NCBI GenBank assembly: GCA_017552455.1
Contig: JAFZPX010000027.1
Span: 59,486-123,485, forward strand
Reading direction: 5' to 3'
DNA from: Clostridiales bacterium
GTDB lineage: Bacteria > Bacillota > Clostridia > Saccharofermentanales > Saccharofermentanaceae
Length of the DNA stretch: 64,000 bases
Both the position numbers and the translations under genes were made by a program. Shown piece after piece: positions 18,082 through 27,855 of the stretch. Under the pieces are notes generated by a model. It did not search any database. It saw nothing but the letters and a program-made list of their open reading frames with translations, and was not told where the DNA came from. Positions within the stretch are counted from its first letter, which is position 1. Each line of letters begins with the position of its first letter.

Positions 18082-18762
18082 TTACTTGGACTTTTTTCGA
18101 TTCATTTTTCCTATGGACGCAAGCGTGGGAATACCTACAGGACAAACATCCATGCAGGACAGGGACTTAGAGCACGCGAGACCGAAGTGTTTACTGTATT
18201 CATCAAGTATCTGCCCGCTTTTACTGCGGTTACGGCTTGCGACCAGGTAGCAGTCGTTCGCGAAGGCCGCCCCGTAGAAAGTCTTACCTGTAGTGTAGTT
18301 AGGACAAACCTCAAGGCAAAGACCGCATTTAAGACATTTCGCTGCGAGGTACTGATGCTCGTGATCCTCCCCTTCAGGGTCGTATTCCTCTATGTATATA
18401 TTAGACTTCTTAAGGTTCTCCTGTATGGAGGAACGGTCAGTAATAAGATCGTGAACCACCGGAAACTTCTTCAGCGGCTGTATTGTGACGACGTCACCTT
18501 TAAGGTCCCTAACAAAGGTCTCACACGCGAGCGCCGGCACCCCGTTTATCACCATAGCACACGCACCGCACATACCCTGCAGGCACGCACACTCCCAGCC
18601 TATCCTCGTCGTCTTCTTCCCGTCAGAAGTCACGATGTCGTCGGTAAAATTAATGCTGTCTATCACACTCGCGACAGAGCTTTCTGCCGGTCCGTTGTAA
18701 TCAAACTCCTCCCAGTAGGGCTCGGACCCGGGGTGCACCTGTCGTAAGATCTTAACTTTCAT
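18082..18762 (-). CDS. sdhB: Succinate dehydrogenase/fumarate reductase Fe-S subunit
   Basis: CLQGMCGAC...C (2Fe-2S), CLKCGLCLEVCP and CSKSLSCMDVCP. Start moved to MKVKIL. Confidence 0.85.
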   Translation of the reverse strand: MKVKILRQVHPGSEPYWEEFDYNGPAESSVASVIDSINFTDDIVTSDGKKTTRIGWECACLQGMCGACAMVINGVPALACETFVRDLKGDVVTIQPLKKFPVVHDLITDRSSIQENLKKSNIYIEEYDPEGEDHEHQYLAAKCLKCGLCLEVCPNYTTGKTFYGAAFANDCYLVASRNRSKSGQILDEYSKHFGLACSKSLSCMDVCPVGIPTLASIGKMNRKKSK

Positions 18763-20386
18763 ACTCGCCCTCCGTATCAAGCCAAGTCCTGTACTTGCCG
18801 TTATCATAGGAGATCAGCGTCGCATACTTATAACTGTCGTCACTCTTTGTATAGTCACTTCTGTAATGCGCACCCCTGCTCTCCCGGCGCGAAAGCGCAC
18901 TCGTCAGCACGGCACGAGCCAGGGTAAGTATCCCGGGCAAGCTGTAATTGAAATATTGCAGCACACTGTTGTCGTAATGTATCTTCCCCGCTGCCGTGAT
19001 ATAGTTGTCGATCTTCTCGAGGCCCTTCGTCAGCGCCTGCTCCTCACGCACTATACCGAGGTTCTCCTGCATAGTCTGCGCAAGCATTTCGCGTATATGT
19101 GCGTAAGCGAAAGTACTCTTCGTGTCTGCCATCTCGTTAAGCTTCGCCTGCGCTTCCTCAAGCTCCCGCTCGAAAAGCGGATGCTCCCCGCAAGATTCTC
19201 TTCCTGCCAAAGCCCTCGCCGCGACACGCCCGCCGTACATGGCTGCAAGAAGCGAGTTTCCGCCTAAGCGGTTCGCGCCGTGATAGATGGAGGCACACTC
19301 GCCTACGGCAAACATATTCTTTATATTCGTCTCGTGCTCATTCTTAACAGCGATGCCGCCCATGAAGAAATGCACCGACGGCGCCACGGGAATCGGTTCG
19401 CGCGTTATGTCGATATCTCTGTACTTACGGCACAGGTCGCGCACCTCAGGGAGTCTCTCATCTATAAGTTTTTTGCCAACGAAAGATACATCAAGATACA
19501 CATCTTTGCCCGTCGCCCAAATCTCGCGAGACACCACGTCACGAGTCTGCAGATTACCGTTCGGGCCGTACTTCTCCTCCATAAAATATACCCGCTCTTC
19601 GACTTCGTTATAGAAGAGTCTTCCGCCTTCACCGCGCACGGCTTCCGATATCAGCATGCGCTTCTGCGAAGTCTCCATCGTAGTCGGATGGTACTGTATG
19701 AATTCAAGGTTCTTGAGGATAACGCCCTGCTCGAAGAGCTTACCCGCGGCATATCCGTCGCATTGGGTCGAGCCTGTGGTCTTGCCGAACAATGCGTTCT
19801 GTCCGCCCGTAGCCATAACAAGCGCATCCGCATAGATATTCTCAAGTCGGTTAGCAGCCTCGCTGTACATCATCGCGCCGTAGCACATGCCGTCTTTTAT
19901 AAGTGCGGAATGGAAACAAAGGCCGAGTCTTCGCTCTATAATGCCTTTGGCTTCGAAGCGGCGCACCTCCATGTTAAGTGCCGTAACAATCTGCTTTCCC
20001 GTCGATGCTCCGCAGTAGTATGTCCTCTTATGAGACTGACCGCCGAACGCTCGGTAAGCAGGGCGGCCTTTATCATCAACGGAGAATACCGTTCCTATGC
20101 TCTCAAGGTAACGTATGATATCGCCCGCTTCTTCGCACAAACCGGTTACCGCTTTAGTTCCTGCAAGATGCGCTCCGCCCTTAAGCGTGTCTTCGATGTG
20201 AGATTCTACAGTGTCACCTTCTCCGTTTCCGGGGAGCACCGCATTGATGCCGCCCGCAGCCATAACAGACTGTGATCGTTCCGAGGGAAAAGGAGACGCG
20301 AGGATAACGTGTATGCCCTTTTGCGCACAGTTTATCGCACACGACATCCCGGCTATTCCGCTTCCTATGATCAGTACGCTATTCAT
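18752..20386 (-). CDS. sdhA: Succinate dehydrogenase/fumarate reductase-like flavoprotein subunit
   Basis: GSGIAG, QYHPT, SEAVRGEGG, RDVVSR, HFFMGG, GANRLGGNSL and RRESRGAHYRSDY. Confidence 0.85.
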   Translation of the reverse strand: MNSVLIIGSGIAGMSCAINCAQKGIHVILASPFPSERSQSVMAAGGINAVLPGNGEGDTVESHIEDTLKGGAHLAGTKAVTGLCEEAGDIIRYLESIGTVFSVDDKGRPAYRAFGGQSHKRTYYCGASTGKQIVTALNMEVRRFEAKGIIERRLGLCFHSALIKDGMCYGAMMYSEAANRLENIYADALVMATGGQNALFGKTTGSTQCDGYAAGKLFEQGVILKNLEFIQYHPTTMETSQKRMLISEAVRGEGGRLFYNEVEERVYFMEEKYGPNGNLQTRDVVSREIWATGKDVYLDVSFVGKKLIDERLPEVRDLCRKYRDIDITREPIPVAPSVHFFMGGIAVKNEHETNIKNMFAVGECASIYHGANRLGGNSLLAAMYGGRVAARALAGRESCGEHPLFERELEEAQAKLNEMADTKSTFAYAHIREMLAQTMQENLGIVREEQALTKGLEKIDNYITAAGKIHYDNSVLQYFNYSLPGILTLARAVLTSALSRRESRGAHYRSDYTKSDDSYKYATLISYDNGKYRTWLDTEGEYES

Positions 20387-20955
20387 ACTTCGCTCACCAT
20401 GTTAACAAGTGCAATGTCTGTTTTGGTTACTGCATAAACCGCAGCCGCGAACAGACATCCGCAGATAACAAACACAATCCTGTCGATCCTTTTCTTTTGT
20501 CCTTGCGAGGTTATCCTTCCCAAAGTAATAAGGGCCCTGGGGATCGACAGAGCAATGTGAGCCAGAACATCCCCAAAGAAAAGTATCTGAACAACAATCA
20601 GAAGCCCGATAACCACGGTGTTCCCGATCTTCGCATTCTTCATAAGCAAATCAAAAGTATTGGCATGGAGGAATAAAAGAGGAAACATAATCATTCCGGT
20701 TATGCGCTGAATGATCGTGTTCATATTCTGCTTTGGATAGAGCTTAATATTAGATCCGTCACCCATAACTGTTATGGCAATCATTCCCAGAACAGCATGA
20801 ATAATGGTAAGCGTCATAAACACATCAGCAGTAATGTGAGTAAGCATTTCGTTATGAATGAACATAAGATATGAGATCACATTATATATGATGTGTATAA
20901 GGCCTGTAGCTGCAGTTAGCAGCGCCAGTCCCGCGTTGATTTTCTTAAGCTTCAT
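20383..20955 (-). CDS. Five-TM cytochrome b-like membrane anchor (SdhC-like)
   Basis: Five TM segments with His residues, QRITG...FLH motif. Overlaps the flavoprotein start. Confidence 0.7.
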   Translation of the reverse strand: MKLKKINAGLALLTAATGLIHIIYNVISYLMFIHNEMLTHITADVFMTLTIIHAVLGMIAITVMGDGSNIKLYPKQNMNTIIQRITGMIMFPLLFLHANTFDLLMKNAKIGNTVVIGLLIVVQILFFGDVLAHIALSIPRALITLGRITSQGQKKRIDRIVFVICGCLFAAAVYAVTKTDIALVNMVSEV

Positions 20956-20968
20956 TACCTACAAACTA

Positions 20969-21577
20969 TCAGGATGATGAAGAGGATGATGAACCGGATG
21001 ATGCAGCCTGAGCATTCTCCCTGTCTTTGATGATGTGCTGCAGCGTAATAAGAATAGCTACTACTTCCTTCTCATATACAGGCTGGTAGATATCGATGCA
21101 GTACTTGTCGTGGATCGAGATAAGCTTCTGAGCGATGACCGCGATAACGCCGCCGTTCTCATCATAAAGCTCGAAGTTCAAACCGAGGATGTTGCCTCTG
21201 AGCTGCCAGCCGAGTCCCTCAAGATTCGTAATATCCTTAATGATATGGAAGAGCTCGTTTGATACTTCAAACTTCTTACCGTCAGCCATGGTGACGAAGT
21301 GTCTCTCGTGAAGAGTAAAGAGCTTCTTCTCAATATGTGCGACCGGATTGCCCTGGGCATCAGTAATGTCTGTCTTGTCATGCAGTGACGGGAACTTGGT
21401 ATTTGCCTGATATAGCACATTCTCAGCGTCGTCTGTTATATCAATATGATGATGAAGCGTGAAGACCTTTGATGTAGTAAACAAAGACTTGGCGGGCTCA
21501 CCAAAGCGATCAACGTTATTTACATTAGCCTGCTCTCCGGCCTCTCTGAATCTGTTAACTTTACCTGTGATACCCAT
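20969..21577 (-). CDS. LURP-one-related / scramblase family protein
   Basis: Repeated K.F.LH...I.D..G..VA.I.KK pattern and a poly-Ser tail. Confidence 0.8.
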   Translation of the reverse strand: MGITGKVNRFREAGEQANVNNVDRFGEPAKSLFTTSKVFTLHHHIDITDDAENVLYQANTKFPSLHDKTDITDAQGNPVAHIEKKLFTLHERHFVTMADGKKFEVSNELFHIIKDITNLEGLGWQLRGNILGLNFELYDENGGVIAVIAQKLISIHDKYCIDIYQPVYEKEVVAILITLQHIIKDRENAQAASSGSSSSSSS

Positions 21578-21625
21578 AATCGTATCCCCCTAAATAAAAA
21601 TTACTCTTCTATTATAACAAAGTGC

Positions 21626-22150
21626 TTATAAGTTAAGCTCATACAGACTGAACTCAGGAATATCCTCAACACCGCGTCCCAGGTCCATCGTTCCCACATA
21701 AGTAAACCCGTTCTTCTCGTACAGCTTACTTGCAGGAGTATTAGTAGGAACGAGATCAAGCCTGACAGCTTTGTACCCTTCTCCTCGCGCCTTGTCTATG
21801 CAGAAGTGTACTACCCCGGTTCCTGTTCCCCTGCCGTGAAGTGCGGGCTCCACTGCGAGCGCATGTATAACCAGATACGATCCAAGCGGAAGGTCCTTGC
21901 TCCACGGAGCTTTATCGTAATCTCCCTGCGGGTCTGCATTCAGCACGAACGCACCAATAAGCTTCCCGTCTTCCTCACACAAATACTGCACACCTTCTGC
22001 CGTCATCTGGCGGACATAGTCCTCATTCGGATAGATCTTATACTGCCACTTCGGGTAATTAACATGCGCATCAAGGTACTCCACGACACGATCGTAGAAC
22101 GCCCCTACCGCAACTATATCTTCTTCAAGACACTTTCGTATCTGCAACAT
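21626..22150 (-). CDS. GNAT family N-acetyltransferase
   Basis: HALAVEPALHGRGTG and N.PA.KLYEKNGF. Confidence 0.9.
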   Translation of the reverse strand: MLQIRKCLEEDIVAVGAFYDRVVEYLDAHVNYPKWQYKIYPNEDYVRQMTAEGVQYLCEEDGKLIGAFVLNADPQGDYDKAPWSKDLPLGSYLVIHALAVEPALHGRGTGTGVVHFCIDKARGEGYKAVRLDLVPTNTPASKLYEKNGFTYVGTMDLGRGVEDIPEFSLYELNL

Positions 22151-22151
22151 A

Positions 22152-22733
22152 TTACGCTTGGGGATTCTTTTCCTTTTTATGGAAAGAAAGCTTCTTTTTG
22201 AAGAACTTCTTTCTCGGCTCAGGTGTATCAGCGAGCGTTCTTGCCGCCACGAGTTTGGTCATGCCGTCGTCCTCGACCTCGCCTAAGACCTCGAATCCGT
22301 TCTTCTTCCAGAAGTGATTCGACTGCGGATTCTCCTTATCGATCGCGAGGCGGATCTCACTCATTCCGATACTCTTAAGATAAGCTACGACCTCATCAAT
22401 GATAGCCGTTCCGATCTGCTTGCCCTGATATGAAGGATTCATCATAAAGAATCCGATATACGCGATATCGTCTCTCGGGTAGCCGTCGATAAGATCCATT
22501 ATCGCGACCAGAGTCTCTTCTTCGTAAAAGCCTACGAAATACTTATCCTTTATATCCGTATCCGGAGGTGTCGCCGTTAAGGCATAAACAACATTGTCCT
22601 TGCTCGGACCCGTCTTGTAATAATCATAAAACTGGGGATTTCCCACACAAAGATCAAGGACCTCCTCCGCCGAGGACAGATCCATGATGCGTGTCTTATA
22701 TTTACTGCTTAAATTACTAATATCAATCATCAC
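22152..22733 (-). CDS. GNAT family N-acetyltransferase
   Basis: IGFFMMNPSYQGKQIG and FWKKNGF. Confidence 0.88.
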   Translation of the reverse strand: MMIDISNLSSKYKTRIMDLSSAEEVLDLCVGNPQFYDYYKTGPSKDNVVYALTATPPDTDIKDKYFVGFYEEETLVAIMDLIDGYPRDDIAYIGFFMMNPSYQGKQIGTAIIDEVVAYLKSIGMSEIRLAIDKENPQSNHFWKKNGFEVLGEVEDDGMTKLVAARTLADTPEPRKKFFKKKLSFHKKEKNPQA

Positions 22734-23308
22734 TTAATTATACTATTCGTAAGGTCAGAATCTTCATACTTATGTGATCCCTGCTGGCTCTTTTTGTACT
22801 TCCAGCACCGGATCGCCTCTTCAAGAGGGTGTCCGGGATTATGCTCGAAGAAGTCTCTTATATATGTGTTGTATTCGAACTGACTGTCGATAGTCTTCCT
22901 TCCGCCTTTATCTTTCTTAATCTCTTTATATGCTTCCACCGCGTCCCTGTACGTCTTGCCCGCGTTGCTCTTAAGCCACTTCTGGAACTTAACGTTGAAC
23001 GTGAACGACTCGCCGAGCTGTGTCTTGAAGAAAGCTCTGTGCTTCTCGGAGCATACGAAGTTCTCTTCTATTACCGTGTCGGGCGTGATGTCACCCGCGG
23101 ACTTCTTCGATGTTCGTCGCGTGCGCTTGGGAGCATTGACATTACCCGTGTCGAGGAAGTCCGCGATCCTGTCCGTAAGCTCCGTCTTCCCGCCCGTCAC
23201 AGGCAGCCCGTTCTCCCTTAAGAACTCAACCAGTTCGTCCTTAAGCCAGTACCACGCACGAAAAGCAGCACCGCTCAGATTCTTATCTAACTTCGGCCGC
23301 TCAGACAT
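22730..23308 (-). CDS. SAP-domain / DUF6434-like protein
   Basis: YWLKDELVEFLRENGLPVTGGKTELTDRI SAP-like motif and QFEYNTYIRDFF. Confidence 0.75.
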   Translation of the reverse strand: MSERPKLDKNLSGAAFRAWYWLKDELVEFLRENGLPVTGGKTELTDRIADFLDTGNVNAPKRTRRTSKKSAGDITPDTVIEENFVCSEKHRAFFKTQLGESFTFNVKFQKWLKSNAGKTYRDAVEAYKEIKKDKGGRKTIDSQFEYNTYIRDFFEHNPGHPLEEAIRCWKYKKSQQGSHKYEDSDLTNSIIK

Positions 23309-24033
23309 GTTACTACTCTTCTTTCTTTTTTGAAACCGCACTTAAGCGCCGTGCTTCCGGAGCCGATATTTGTTTCCGCGTGCGACCAGACGGGTCTTCT
23401 TCCATCCGCTGTTATCTCCTCACACATCTTCTGTGCAAGGGCTGCCGCAAGTCCGTTCCTTCTGTATTCCTCGTAAGTCTCGACTCCGATATCGACTTCT
23501 TCATCACTTACTGCAGACGAGAATGCAACTGCACAGATGTTATCGTCTTCCATCGCAACGAAGCCCACGCCGTTCTTCAGGAACTGCTCATCACTTTCCC
23601 ATGAGAATGACGGAACGATCCTGCCTTGAATCTTCGTGATGTTGTATTCGTCGATTGGGACAATACGGAATCTGTCTGTGTCTAGAGTTACCGGATCAGC
23701 GCCCTCATAAGAATACTCGATCCTGTGATCGATCTTGCAACCGTAGTTACTCATGAACCTGATCACCCGGTCATCATTCGTGATGAGAATAAGTCTGCGC
23801 GTTCCCGTTTCCAAAAGATCATATACTTCATCAAGGAACGCGTCAGAAGGATCGCCGCTTATATACGCGAACCCGCAGTAATGCCAAAACAGGACAGCCT
23901 TGCCGTCATCGCTTTCATAGATATCACCGGTCTGAAGTCCAAGCGCGATCGACAAAGGATACGCGTTATCTGTCGTAACAGCCCGCGCCCGCGAAATGTA
24001 TTCAGCGTATTGTTTAAGATCGGCTTTCCTCAT
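23287..24033 (-). CDS. GNAT family N-acetyltransferase
   Basis: DIGVETYEEYRRNGLA and N.GS...A.KCGF. Confidence 0.85.
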   Translation of the reverse strand: MRKADLKQYAEYISRARAVTTDNAYPLSIALGLQTGDIYESDDGKAVLFWHYCGFAYISGDPSDAFLDEVYDLLETGTRRLILITNDDRVIRFMSNYGCKIDHRIEYSYEGADPVTLDTDRFRIVPIDEYNITKIQGRIVPSFSWESDEQFLKNGVGFVAMEDDNICAVAFSSAVSDEEVDIGVETYEEYRRNGLAAALAQKMCEEITADGRRPVWSHAETNIGSGSTALKCGFKKERRVVTCLSGRS

Positions 24034-24090
24034 GAATCCTATATCCCCCTGAGTTATAATCTTATTATATACTTTTCGCGGAGGCGTAAT

Positions 24091-24615
24091 ATGAACGAAC
24101 TTTGCATGATCATAAAAGACATGGTTGTACCCAACTTCATGAATATAAGAACATCAATCCGAACTTACGACAGAGATGCACTTTGCTGCGGTGCGCCGTG
24201 CTGGAGATGGGCTTACCACGCAGTTCATTCTGCTGATAAGTGGTTCATCAACCCTTGTGTTTACGAAGAGCCTTCTTTCCACAAGGAAGGGCTCGACAAT
24301 CCTGATAAACCGTGTGATGTTGTGCTTACGGACGAGCAGCTGCTTGAGTATCTCGACCAGGTCGAGAAGAAGACTTTGGATTATCTGGATACACTTACGG
24401 ACGACATGCTCTATGAATGTCCCGAGAACTGTGAGCACACGAGAATGGAACTGGTGCTGCGCCAGTTCAGACATATCTCCTTCCATACAGGAATGCTTAA
24501 CGGACAGACTGCACTTGCCACAGGAGAATTCCCGATGTGGGTATCACAGGCTGACAAGTATGTCGATGACGGCATCCTCTTCGGCCGCTACCGCAAAGGT
24601 CAGGTCACGAAATAA
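24091..24615 (+). CDS. DinB-like four-helix protein
   Basis: AYH...RHISFHTG His triad. GGAGG SD before ATG 24091; the track's 23725 start is an in-frame extension. Confidence 0.75.
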   Translation: MNELCMIIKDMVVPNFMNIRTSIRTYDRDALCCGAPCWRWAYHAVHSADKWFINPCVYEEPSFHKEGLDNPDKPCDVVLTDEQLLEYLDQVEKKTLDYLDTLTDDMLYECPENCEHTRMELVLRQFRHISFHTGMLNGQTALATGEFPMWVSQADKYVDDGILFGRYRKGQVTK

Positions 24616-24622
24616 GCATAAC

Positions 24623-24650
24623 AAAAACTCCCCGGCGGCTTACCGGGGAG
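24623..24650 (-). terminator. Rho-independent terminator (yccF; probably bidirectional)
   Basis: AAAAA-CTCCCCGG-cggctta-CCGGGGAG. Confidence 0.8.
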
Positions 24651-24680
24651 ATTTCTAATTATGTAGTTTACGCTATGTGA

Positions 24681-25055
24681 TCAGAATACGTGTGCTACCT
24701 TTACACTTGTACCGAAGGGCATGAGTGACAATCCGGCAAGCTTGAAGAACTGAAGTCCGAAAGGAATACCTACGATAGTTACGCAGAGTACACAGCCGAT
24801 AAGGAACTCTGTAAGAGCTGTCTCCCAACCTACCAACAGGATCCAAAGTACGTTAGCGAGGAATGATCCTACACCGCCGTTTGACTCAAGCTCCTTGCCG
24901 AAAGGCATTGCGCACAGGTCAGCCATCTTGAAGCACTGGATTCCGAAAGGGATACCGATGATGGTAACGCACAGAAGGAGACCAAGGATAACATGCTCCA
25001 ACCAGCAGATAAAGCCACCGCATACAAACCACAAAATGTTTAATAAGATTCTCAT
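24681..25055 (-). CDS. yccF: YccF domain inner-membrane protein
   Basis: Two copies of N.LW...G...TI.GIPFG.Q.FK.A....PFG. GGAGG SD before ATG 25055. Confidence 0.88.
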   Translation of the reverse strand: MRILLNILWFVCGGFICWLEHVILGLLLCVTIIGIPFGIQCFKMADLCAMPFGKELESNGGVGSFLANVLWILLVGWETALTEFLIGCVLCVTIVGIPFGLQFFKLAGLSLMPFGTSVKVAHVF

Positions 25056-25100
25056 TGTTTTTTCCTCCATTCAGATTGTTTGATTGAGTATCTGTACTCA

Positions 25101-25186
25101 TTCTATCCGCTGTGAAAATGCAAGCAATGAGCAATACTCAAGGCATATGTCGCTTAATCAACAGTCAGGAGCCCAAGTGTTTATTT
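25101..25186 (-). promoter_or_regulatory. yccF promoter with palindromic box TGTCGCTTAATCAACA
   Basis: TAGAAT -10 near 25100-25105. The box at 25148-25167 matches 28309-28328 at 18/20. Confidence 0.65.
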
Positions 25187-25207
25187 GCATGAGAAAAAAC
25201 TCTTTGC

Positions 25208-25693
25208 TCAGAGAATTTTCTTCTCCAAATATCCGCACGTAAACGGGAAGAAATCGTATTTAACCGTACCCGTGTGTGTAAACCCAAAGCTCTCGTACCA
25301 CTTGCGAAGAACTTGATTCTCTTCGACTATACTGAGCTTCATTATCTTGCATCCGAGTTCCTGTGCGTGCTTAATGGAATCATTAAGCAATTCTTCGCCT
25401 ACGCCTTTATGTCTGTAATCCGGCAATACGCAAAGGCTTCCAAGTTCGCACTCTTCATCCTTGACCATAAGGTTATAGTAGCCCAGAAGTTTACCGTCTT
25501 CGTAAAACCCGTACATCGGACGCTTCTGCTCATCCATCCAATAAAGAATCTTCGCTTCATCTGTAGCATATGCCGTAAAAGCCGGAGCATTCTCCGGAGT
25601 AATATCGAACTGCTTTGCCACAGTCATGAAACCCGACTTTATTACTTCCACACATTCCGGTATATCGTCATATCCAATTGCTCTTATACTCAT
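25208..25693 (-). CDS. GNAT family N-acetyltransferase
   Basis: LCVLPDYRHKGVG and WYESFGF. Confidence 0.9.
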   Translation of the reverse strand: MSIRAIGYDDIPECVEVIKSGFMTVAKQFDITPENAPAFTAYATDEAKILYWMDEQKRPMYGFYEDGKLLGYYNLMVKDEECELGSLCVLPDYRHKGVGEELLNDSIKHAQELGCKIMKLSIVEENQVLRKWYESFGFTHTGTVKYDFFPFTCGYLEKKIL

Positions 25694-26166
25694 ACAACAT
25701 TCCTCTTCTTTTCCAGTCTGATCAGATGCTCTTCATCAGGCTCGGTGATACCGTTTTTATAATCATAGCCCATCTTAAGATAGAACGGCACGCCGGTTAT
25801 TGATGCAGGGATCTCGATGCGCTTTGCCCTTAAGAAAAACTCATCCTTTTCGAGAGTGTTGATTATGGCCCTTCCTACACCCTTTCCCTGATACTCGGGA
25901 AGGACGAATATTGTGAAAAGGCTGCTCTCGTCTTCTTTGCCCCAGAACGGACCGATGGCACCACAGCCTATGATCTGTCCGTCATCAACAGCTACATAGA
26001 AGTGTGTCCATGATGCTCTCTCAAGCACATGCTCAGGTGTCTCGGATTCTATGAGAAGCTCCATCAACTGCAGCGGATAATCTTTGGTGTTGGATATTCT
26101 TATCGTCTTACGGATAAGATCCGATACCTCTTTTGCTTCTTCCTCTTTAAACCTTCTGATCTCCAT
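25690..26166 (-). CDS. GNAT family N-acetyltransferase
   Basis: IFVLPEYQGKGVG and FYLKMGY. GAAGGAGAG SD before ATG 26166. Confidence 0.9.
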   Translation of the reverse strand: MEIRRFKEEEAKEVSDLIRKTIRISNTKDYPLQLMELLIESETPEHVLERASWTHFYVAVDDGQIIGCGAIGPFWGKEDESSLFTIFVLPEYQGKGVGRAIINTLEKDEFFLRAKRIEIPASITGVPFYLKMGYDYKNGITEPDEEHLIRLEKKRNVV

Positions 26167-26216
26167 TTTGCTCTCCTTCCCGAAAACAAAAAGGCCACTT
26201 CTCGAGATGCCGGTTG

Positions 26217-26831
26217 TCAACCAAGTTCCAGCTTCGAGGGCAGATCTTTCCATAAGTCTTCCCTGCTTGTATGCTCCCTTAACGCACGGACAACAGCAGG
26301 GTCAGGTACGGGATAAATCACCATGCCATCCTCTTCCCCGAGCTCCGGACGGATGGGGAAAGCGAGCTGCTCTTTATTAAGTGAGAACTTAGCATCCACG
26401 CCGGGCTTGTTGCCGCGCGCATCGAGACGGATCCACTTTCTTCGCTCATTGATATACACACCGTTAAGTCCGTGAAGGATAAGCACCGGTGAAGTCTCAT
26501 CATCTAATATCAGCTTCTGATAGCAAAAGCCGGTCGGGATATTCTTACGGCGAAGAAGCGCCGCGAGAAGATGCGACTTGGCAAAGCAGATGCCGTGTCC
26601 TGCTTTCAGAACCTCCGAAGCAGAGCATGTCACCTCATCCTTTCCTGCATCGGCTGAATGAGAGATACTGTCTCTTACAAATTCATATGCTTTCTTTATG
26701 AAGTCTTCTTCGTTCCTTGAGCCCGCATACAGCATATCGGCCAGTTCGATTATGGCCGGGTTATCATGATCGATTACATCATCATGCTTAAGATAGCTAT
26801 AAATATCGTCTGTAAATTGTTTAAGCCCCAT
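26217..26831 (-). CDS. Transglutaminase-like domain protein
   Basis: GICFAKSHLLAALLR (Cys), LHGLN (His) and WIRLDARG (Asp) triad. Confidence 0.88.
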   Translation of the reverse strand: MGLKQFTDDIYSYLKHDDVIDHDNPAIIELADMLYAGSRNEEDFIKKAYEFVRDSISHSADAGKDEVTCSASEVLKAGHGICFAKSHLLAALLRRKNIPTGFCYQKLILDDETSPVLILHGLNGVYINERRKWIRLDARGNKPGVDAKFSLNKEQLAFPIRPELGEEDGMVIYPVPDPAVVRALREHTSREDLWKDLPSKLELG

Positions 26832-26870
26832 ACTTTATTATATCAGCAATTTCATTGTTCAAGGATACAT

Positions 26871-26897
26871 AAAGAGAGCCGCCCAAAGGCAGCTCTC
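26871..26897 (-). terminator. Rho-independent terminator of the DUF4214 gene
   Basis: Minus strand GAGAGCUGCC-UUUG-GGCGGCUCUC followed by UUU. Confidence 0.7.
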
Positions 26898-26920
26898 ACA
26901 TTAATCAATTATTCAACTGA

Positions 26921-27787
26921 TCAAACGTTAACACAGTAGTAAGCACAGATGCTTGCCCATGCAGGTTCTGTTGCAAACTGATCAATAAGCTGATCACGAG
27001 TAACGTTCTCAGAAGCAAGTGCATTAGTCCAGTTAGCGAGGCCCTCTGCATCAGGTGTTGAGTTGCAGAATACTCTGTAAAGAACTGTTACATACTCTTC
27101 ATCTGTCAATTCAAATCCGAGGAACTCCTGGCTTCCGAAGAATCCTCTTACAACTGCTGTTGCTGAACCACTGTCGAGCAGATACTGTGTCCAATGAGCC
27201 TTACCTGTCTCATCATAAGTTCTGCCTACAATAGCGATATACATGTTATCTACGAAGTTCTCAACAGACATTGCTCTGATCTGCTCTTCGGTAAGAATAA
27301 CAGGAGCGGGTCCTTCATCCTCTGAAGGAGCAGGATCCGGAATAGAATCAGGTGCCGGTGTCGTATCCGTATCAGATCCGGAATCGGGTGCAGGAGCAGG
27401 CGGATTAGGATTAGGTATGTTCTCCCAATAAGCTGTAAGCGTCAAAACACCATCATGCATCCAAGACATAGGATGATAGCCACCAGATGCAACAAAATCA
27501 CTAGTAAACTGCAGTGTCTCTCCATCATATGCATCTGCGATACCATCAGTAAGGAAGCACCAGCCCCAGAAATAGTTGCCTTCATTGGTGAACAAAACAT
27601 GAGGAAGAGTTACTGAATCGCCATACTGGATGCCGGTAATATCGTCCATGCTTCCCTCACCACCCTGACCGGGCTTAAACTCAATCTTGTAAGAATCATC
27701 ATCTGCCAAAGCCATTCCTGATACGCTCATGATCATAACTGCAGATATAGTAATACTAAGCATTTTCTTAAGAATCGATCTATTCAT
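26921..27787 (-). CDS. Secreted surface protein: InlB B-repeat-like domain, Pro/Asp linker, DUF4214
   Basis: Signal peptide, GNYFWGW...LTLTAYW, NPNPPAPAP linker and FVDNMY...FFGSQEF...YV.VLY...W. Confidence 0.75.
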   Translation of the reverse strand: MNRSILKKMLSITISAVMIMSVSGMALADDDSYKIEFKPGQGGEGSMDDITGIQYGDSVTLPHVLFTNEGNYFWGWCFLTDGIADAYDGETLQFTSDFVASGGYHPMSWMHDGVLTLTAYWENIPNPNPPAPAPDSGSDTDTTPAPDSIPDPAPSEDEGPAPVILTEEQIRAMSVENFVDNMYIAIVGRTYDETGKAHWTQYLLDSGSATAVVRGFFGSQEFLGFELTDEEYVTVLYRVFCNSTPDAEGLANWTNALASENVTRDQLIDQFATEPAWASICAYYCVNV

Positions 27788-27843
27788 CTACATTTCCTCC
27801 TATTCGAGTAGTTGATGATTTGATTCTATTGGATAAGTATTTC

Positions 27844-27855
27844 TTTTTTTTTTTT
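27844..27855. repeat. T12 homopolymer in the promoter of the DUF4214 gene
   Basis: Twelve consecutive T, 15 nt upstream (minus-strand sense) of a TAGAAT -10 at 27823-27828. Confidence 0.85.

Noticed and set aside
23725-24090. N-terminal extension of the DinB ORF (296 aa in the track)
   Set aside because: It overlaps the opposite-strand GNAT, and a good SD precedes ATG 24091.
21626-26831. Integron-like cassette array
   Set aside because: Genes abut or overlap with no room for attC sites, and no integrase is present.
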